IMG/VR virus record: IMGVR_UViG_3300031548_000003
Span: 9,521 to 73,520 of that record
Strand: one strand, 5' to 3'
DNA length: 64,000 nt
Source of the DNA: a virus
Taxonomy: Duplodnaviria; Caudoviricetes
Under the pieces are notes generated by a model. That model saw nothing but the letters and a program-made list of their open reading frames with translations. It searched no databases and was not told the DNA's origin. Numbering within the stretch: the stretch's first letter is position 1; the number at the start of each line of letters is the position of its first letter. This document shows, one piece after another, positions 59,023 through 64,000 of the stretch. Position numbers and translations under genes: made by a program.

Positions 59023-59517
59023 ATGACTAACTATTACACATGTTGTGGTTATGCCTTCTCTTTGAACAGAGTCATATTTAAAGACTTAGTGCATGATGCT
59101 TGGCTATACCACTTCATGCGTACTGGAGAAGACTTATTCTCACTGTCAAAATATCAGGCAGCACGACAAATAAAATATGCCTATTTCAGGTACGGTAATT
59201 TGACATATAAAGAATCTATACAAGAGGTTCGAGGCGATGATCTATTTCATTGGGAGGCACCTGATCATTTAATGATCCTCTCTGAGGATGAGGCAAATGA
59301 GAATAGGTTCTTTAATCAGTTATATCGAAAGATTTGGCGTAAGTCATCGAAATTAAAAGGGGGTGTGAAGCTGATTGAGTTGTATAAACTCATGAAAAAG
59401 GGCTATAACCAAAAGGAAATTTCAGAAATACTAGGTATCTCTCGATCCCTCGTAAATTTTTATGTGAAGAAGGTAAAAGAACTGGCAATTACTATTCCAA
59501 TTAATGTTTCAGAATGA
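59023..59517 (+). CDS. ECF sigma-factor-like protein (164 aa)
   Basis: 'KDLVHDAWL' resembles ECF region 2; 'GYNQKEISEILGISRSLV' is a region 4-type HTH. Confidence 0.5.
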   Translation: MTNYYTCCGYAFSLNRVIFKDLVHDAWLYHFMRTGEDLFSLSKYQAARQIKYAYFRYGNLTYKESIQEVRGDDLFHWEAPDHLMILSEDEANENRFFNQLYRKIWRKSSKLKGGVKLIELYKLMKKGYNQKEISEILGISRSLVNFYVKKVKELAITIPINVSE

Positions 59518-61400
59518 TTCAGCAAACAGTAATAGAGGTACATCCTCAATATGTACTCAACCCATATCTTGATGATATAGTTTTACCAGAGTATGGTCAA
59601 CCTCTTCCTCTCGACTTGGAAACTAATGGAGCAATTTGTTGGAAGCATAAAATAAGAATTATTGCCCTACATATTGCCGGGCAAGAGCTCTTGATCATTC
59701 CAGAATACTACACTAAGGACGAATTAATCACTTTCTTTAAGAGCATTCAAGCAAATAATAATCTGATTATTTGCCATAAGACCAAATTTGATACTGGGTT
59801 TATCTATACGAACTACGGAGTGCTTCTAGAAAATACTTGGTGTACTATGCTTGGCTCTCAGATACTTCATGGTGGGTCAAGAAAATACACACATGACTTA
59901 GGCAGTGTACTTCAGCGTGAACTAAACATTGATTTAGGTGAGGATAAAAAGGAATTACAGAAATCATTTCTAAACGATAAACCCCTAACTCCAGAACAAT
60001 TAGCTTATGCTGCCAGGGATACAAAATACCTTATTCCCTTAAAAGAGGTGCTGGAACAGAAGTTGATTGAATTAGAAATGCAAAAGGTTGTTAAACTTGA
60101 AAACAGATTAACTCCGGTTCTGGTTAAAATGGAATCTCATGGTTGTCTGATAGACGTTGACAGGTGGAAACATAAACTGAAGGAGTGGGATATTACTCGT
60201 AAGGATTATATCCGTCAGTTGGATGACGAGCTGATGAAGATATTTCCGATGAGACTCTTCATGAATATCAACTACAAATCTTCTAAGCAGATGATAAACC
60301 TGTTTAAGGAGATGAAGCTACCTGTGCCCATCAAGGAGGAGAATAAGGTAAAGAAGCAAAGCGTTGATGAGGCTACGTTAGATAACTATGTCAACCAATA
60401 CCCGGATACCCCTCTAAAAGATTTTATCCGAATCTTTAAATCATATAAAGAATATGACAAACTGCTTTCAACTTATGGAGATTCTTTTCTGGAGAGGCTT
60501 GACAGCAATAATTGTATACATACCGAATATGGTCAATGTATTACGACAACTGCTCGTTTAAATTCATCTAATCCTAATCTTCAGAACATTCCATCTGATA
60601 AATCAGGCGCAGGGTCTGCATTAAGGGAGTTTTTTATTGCGCCTCCATTGCATAGCGTGATTACTTCTGATATGAGTGGCGCTGAAATTGCTTTAGCTGC
60701 TGACTTCTCCAAGGATGATCTTCTTATGAAGAGCTTGAAAGAAGGAACTGATATGCACTCTGAATTGGCCACGATTAGTGCAACTATCATTTACGATCAG
60801 GCGATTAAGATTAGTAAAAGTAAAGATTCTATTACAGTAGGCAAAGTCACCATCATACCTCAAGAATTTAGAGACATTCATAAATCTGTTACTTTCTCCA
60901 AGTTCTACAAAGGTGGTCCTAAAAGAGTATATGAAATTCTGGCCAGGTATATCAATCCAGTTACTCCTGAGAGGAAGCGAATGACAGTAGCTAAAAGAAT
61001 TTCAGAAGCAATAGATAAAGCACTTCCTAAATTATCTAAATACTTACAAAGTAAAATTGACGAAGCTAACAGTAAAGGATATCTGGTAACAACTAAGATT
61101 GGAAGAAGAAGATATTTTGATGGTGAGGTTTATGGAGAGGCGGCAAATGCGCCTATTCAGGGAAGTAACGGAGACGCTATTAAGATAGCAATGATTAAGG
61201 TAGATGAATATCTCTCAAAAAATAACATTGGTAGATTGGTATTATCCATTCATGATGAATTGGTATGTACGGTTTTAGACGAATATGCAGAACAAACTGC
61301 TCAATTAGTTAAAAAAGAAATGTCAAACGCTCTATCCTACTTCTTGGAGGATTTAGAAGGTGGAGCATCAGTATCAATAAATAAACACTGGCAAAAATGA
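59514..61400 (+). CDS. polA: Family A DNA polymerase with 3'-5' exonuclease (628 aa)
   Basis: Exo motifs 'DLET', 'KFD', 'YAARD'; 'TARLNSSNPNLQNIP'; motif A 'SDMSGAE', motif B 'RDIHKSVTF', motif C 'IHDE'. Confidence 0.9.
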   Translation: MIQQTVIEVHPQYVLNPYLDDIVLPEYGQPLPLDLETNGAICWKHKIRIIALHIAGQELLIIPEYYTKDELITFFKSIQANNNLIICHKTKFDTGFIYTNYGVLLENTWCTMLGSQILHGGSRKYTHDLGSVLQRELNIDLGEDKKELQKSFLNDKPLTPEQLAYAARDTKYLIPLKEVLEQKLIELEMQKVVKLENRLTPVLVKMESHGCLIDVDRWKHKLKEWDITRKDYIRQLDDELMKIFPMRLFMNINYKSSKQMINLFKEMKLPVPIKEENKVKKQSVDEATLDNYVNQYPDTPLKDFIRIFKSYKEYDKLLSTYGDSFLERLDSNNCIHTEYGQCITTTARLNSSNPNLQNIPSDKSGAGSALREFFIAPPLHSVITSDMSGAEIALAADFSKDDLLMKSLKEGTDMHSELATISATIIYDQAIKISKSKDSITVGKVTIIPQEFRDIHKSVTFSKFYKGGPKRVYEILARYINPVTPERKRMTVAKRISEAIDKALPKLSKYLQSKIDEANSKGYLVTTKIGRRRYFDGEVYGEAANAPIQGSNGDAIKIAMIKVDEYLSKNNIGRLVLSIHDELVCTVLDEYAEQTAQLVKKEMSNALSYFLEDLEGGASVSINKHWQK

Positions 61401-61632
61401 AATACAAACAATCAATTAAAGACCCTAGAATTATTGAGGATCAAATGGGAGAACCTACATTCAAACATATTGGGCTTCATACTTCAGATGTAACTGATTT
61501 ACTAGCTGATTTAGATCAGATGGAAACTAAGATTTATGAATTGGAGAAGCAATCTGAAAAAAAGACTGATGAGATTGAGGAATTGAAGGAGAGAATTGAA
61601 GAGTTAGAGCAAGAGATAACCCTGATGAAAGA

Positions 61633-62088
61633 ATGAGTACGAATTTTCAAACACCAATACAGGTTTGTGAATACATGGTATCATTATTAAATCAAACCTA
61701 TTACGAATCAATACTTGAGCCCACACCTGGGCTGGGTAACTTATCAAATGCAGCAAAGTCTCGTGGAGTTGTCAGCTCCCCAGGAGATTTCTTTCAAATG
61801 GGGCAAGAGAGATTCGATGCTATTGTTATGAATCCACCATTTACTCCAATGGAATTAGGTTATAAGATACTATTCTCTTGCATGGAGATGTCAGATGAAA
61901 TTGTTGCTTTAATGCCTTGGTTGACTTTAATCAACTCTCAAAAAAGAACCAATACCCTGATGACTTTTGGTATGCAATCAGTGACGCACTTACCTCGTAC
62001 TATATTTAAAGGTTCGAGAGTTCAGTGTTGTGTTATTCATTTAGTAAAAAACTATTCAGGGAAAACAATATTCAATAATTACAAATGA
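61633..62088 (+). CDS. N6-adenine/N4-cytosine DNA methyltransferase-like protein (151 aa)
   Basis: 'ILEPTPGLG' SAM-binding motif and 'MNPPF' catalytic motif. Confidence 0.7.
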   Translation: MSTNFQTPIQVCEYMVSLLNQTYYESILEPTPGLGNLSNAAKSRGVVSSPGDFFQMGQERFDAIVMNPPFTPMELGYKILFSCMEMSDEIVALMPWLTLINSQKRTNTLMTFGMQSVTHLPRTIFKGSRVQCCVIHLVKNYSGKTIFNNYK

Positions 62089-62477
62089 GTAGCATTGATC
62101 AAGTTCAGGATTGTATTTCATGGCTAAACGAGAATAAAACCTCCTCTAACCTTGTACAAATATCTACGTTAATAAATAGATTAGCGGTACTGAGTGTCAA
62201 TATAGGGCATGACGTATCTGAAGCTTATGCAATAACTAATGAACTAGAAGACACATATAAGATAGCATTTGCTAAGAAGGTTTCTTCTTCGTTAGACTCC
62301 GCCGCTAAAGCAGAGAAAAGGGCCGAGTCCGAACTTGAACAAGAAAAGAAAGACTGGACCCAAGCTAAAAATGCTTATAAGAGGTTGAGTATCTATCTTG
62401 AAAGAATTGATAAGGTCATTGAGAGTTACCGTCAATCAGTGTCAGTACAGAAAATGGTGGATTTAAAGCATAGTTAA
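62085..62477 (+). CDS. Coiled-coil protein, possibly a UvsY-like recombination mediator (130 aa)
   Basis: All-helical with suitable size and replication context; tentative. Confidence 0.3.
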   Translation: MSSIDQVQDCISWLNENKTSSNLVQISTLINRLAVLSVNIGHDVSEAYAITNELEDTYKIAFAKKVSSSLDSAAKAEKRAESELEQEKKDWTQAKNAYKRLSIYLERIDKVIESYRQSVSVQKMVDLKHS

Positions 62478-62546
62478 ATGGAAGATCATAAAGTTGAAAT
62501 AGGGTCAGGTGACAGGGTTACAATTGATGAATAAGACCGTTAAATC

Positions 62547-62792
62547 TTAACGACCGCCTTCACCCCTACGCCCCCGGTTAGTCTTTACAGACACAAAGCG
62601 TTTAACTGCATGATCCCAGTCTCTTCCTTTGGTGTTAATACCTTTGGCTTTAGCTTCTCGTTGTTTAGCATTAGATTCTACTCGCTTCTTGACTTGCTCA
62701 GGACGAGCATTCAGCTTCTTATCGTAGGCTTGTTTCTTCTCTCGGGAAGCTTTGTTTTCCCGATAGAACTTAGCTGACTTGGAAAGACTCAT
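62547..62792 (-). CDS. Small basic protein with an HNH-remnant-like motif (81 aa)
   Basis: 'DWDH...S-x3-NRGR' in a Lys/Arg-rich protein. Confidence 0.4.
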   Translation of the reverse strand: MSLSKSAKFYRENKASREKKQAYDKKLNARPEQVKKRVESNAKQREAKAKGINTKGRDWDHAVKRFVSVKTNRGRRGEGGR

Positions 62793-62983
62793 TTCTCAGA
62801 TGTAAAATTTGTAATTATCTTACCTATCACTGTACACACAAGTGAGATAATTGCAAAAGTCTTATCTCCCTCCAGGATAGCATAAGTAGTAATCGTTGAC
62901 CCTATTAAAAGCAAAGAATCCCCTATCTTTCTAAAAAGAATAGGGGTTGTTCCTGCATATTTGTCGTGCAGATTCTTAATCAC
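62789..62983 (-). CDS. Holin-like two-TM protein (64 aa)
   Basis: Two hydrophobic helices with charged ends. Confidence 0.5.
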   Translation of the reverse strand: MIKNLHDKYAGTTPILFRKIGDSLLLIGSTITTYAILEGDKTFAIISLVCTVIGKIITNFTSEK

Positions 62984-63121
62984 TTCTTAACATTCTCAAG
63001 TTTGAATGCACTAGCCCTGCGTTCGCCAGGAGCTACTTTTGAAAGTACTTTCTTTGAAGAAAAATTAGTCTCTCTTTCAGATTGCTTAATTGACTTGTTA
63101 CAAAGATCGAATTTGGTAAGG

Positions 63122-63352
63122 TTAGGGTTCATGAGGTTTGTTTAATTTATTACGTATTAGTTTGAATAAGTGTGCTCCAAAAGCACCAAGGAAGCCTGTA
63201 CAAACAGCTACCGCTAATGTCAGTAATATCTCCCCTGCGTTCTTATGGATGATTACACCTGTTATAGAGCCTGAACTGGCCCCCATAAATTCTTCAAGAT
63301 GAGTATATAAAAATGATCGGGTAGGGTTTAGGGTCATAAGTTCAATTCTCAA
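63122..63352 (-). CDS. Holin-like membrane protein (true start may be ATG at 63287)
   Basis: Hydrophobic helix with a basic C-terminus. Confidence 0.45.
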   Translation of the reverse strand: MRIELMTLNPTRSFLYTHLEEFMGASSGSITGVIIHKNAGEILLTLAVAVCTGFLGAFGAHLFKLIRNKLNKPHEP

Positions 63353-63402
63353 AACTAGAGAATGATCAAAAACCGTACCATTATGTAGTCAAATAGCTAC
63401 GC

Positions 63403-63975
63403 TTACCCCCATGCTTGTCTAACTGCCTCTTCTGCTGATTTCTGGGAAATATTGAGGTAATTACTGTAAATTATACGTTCGGTTTTTCCTACCACTTTCG
63501 CAATAGAAGGTATTGGTACCCCTTTTTCGGCACTTATTGTAATAAAGGTCCTTACTGCATCATGCGAAGATATTTCCTGCCATTTGGGGACTGATATAAA
63601 CCCATTCTTGGTTCTCATTTCAATCACTTCATCCGGCCATAAAGTCTTGTAGATGTACTTGATTGCTATTCGATAGTCCGATATCTGCATATTAGGGACT
63701 TCCCAATTACAAAGATCTAATGCCTGTCTAGCAGGTTTAGTAAGATACATCTCTACAAAAGTTCCTTTTATCTTTTGTGTCTCCATTCTGAATTTCTCTT
63801 GCCCATTTTTTAATGAATCCTTAAGGCGATAAAGATCACTCACTCTCACGCCTGTAGCACATTGAAGTACCCATAGGATTTTGGCTTCATTAAGATCAAT
63901 TCTTCTTATCCGTCCGTCCTTTCGTTTCACTTCAATAACATCAAAAGTGTGAGAGAGTGTCGTGTTAAGCTGCAT
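63403..63975 (-). CDS. Tyrosine recombinase catalytic-domain protein with substituted active-site residues (190 aa)
   Basis: 'ATGVRVSDL', 'TQK', 'ISSHDAVRTF', 'GVPI...VGK...NY'; an in-frame TAA sits immediately upstream of the ATG. Confidence 0.75.
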   Translation of the reverse strand: MQLNTTLSHTFDVIEVKRKDGRIRRIDLNEAKILWVLQCATGVRVSDLYRLKDSLKNGQEKFRMETQKIKGTFVEMYLTKPARQALDLCNWEVPNMQISDYRIAIKYIYKTLWPDEVIEMRTKNGFISVPKWQEISSHDAVRTFITISAEKGVPIPSIAKVVGKTERIIYSNYLNISQKSAEEAVRQAWG

Positions 63976-64000
63976 TTAAGTTAGAGAAATATTTAGTCCT

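Noticed and set aside
1-64000. Stop-codon reassignment (TAG/TGA), as in some crAss-like phages
   Set aside because: Large structural and replication genes are intact in the standard code, genes end in TAG and TGA at tight junctions, and no suppressor anticodon was found.
1-64000. CRISPR array or mini-array
   Set aside because: No equal-length repeats with unique spacers. The 12-bp repeat has no spacers and the dispersed motif is irregularly spaced and bidirectional.
63403-64000. Integrated prophage or att site
   Set aside because: No host genes or att-like repeats are in the window and the recombinase active site is degenerate.

Overview
AT-rich phage DNA throughout, with no host-like genes. 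It most resembles a crAss-like (Crassvirales or sister-lineage) podovirus of a Bacteroidota host and uses the standard genetic code. Positions 1-47 kb are on the minus strand. They carry the virion module (putative cargo proteins, muzzle, ring proteins, two fibres, M15 endolysin, major capsid, scaffold, portal, large terminase, two homing-type endonucleases), a five-gene glycan-synthesis locus, many small ORFs, an ORF-free ncRNA region at 39.6-41.1 kb, a primase-helicase, a C5-methyltransferase-like gene and a 5'-3' exonuclease. A ~0.9 kb non-coding divergence at 47.0-47.9 kb is followed by plus-strand early genes, ERF, a protein with 52 tandem SQLx repeats, SSB, an ECF-sigma-like protein, family A DNA polymerase and an adenine methyltransferase. 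Minus-strand holin-like genes and a catalytically degenerate tyrosine recombinase end the window. Most striking unexplained structures: (1) a head-to-tail array of tRNAs and four stem-closed non-tRNA structured RNAs, including a tRNA-Leu-like gene split by a 90-nt structured insert; (2) a ~26-bp bipartite motif (AAACGA - A-rich - CC(C/T)CT) in roughly 18 copies in both orientations, even inside coding sequence; (3) a late-region glycosylation locus; (4) a candidate phage late promoter GGTACRRnnTTTG. All functional calls come from motif recognition by eye; no database search or folding program was run.
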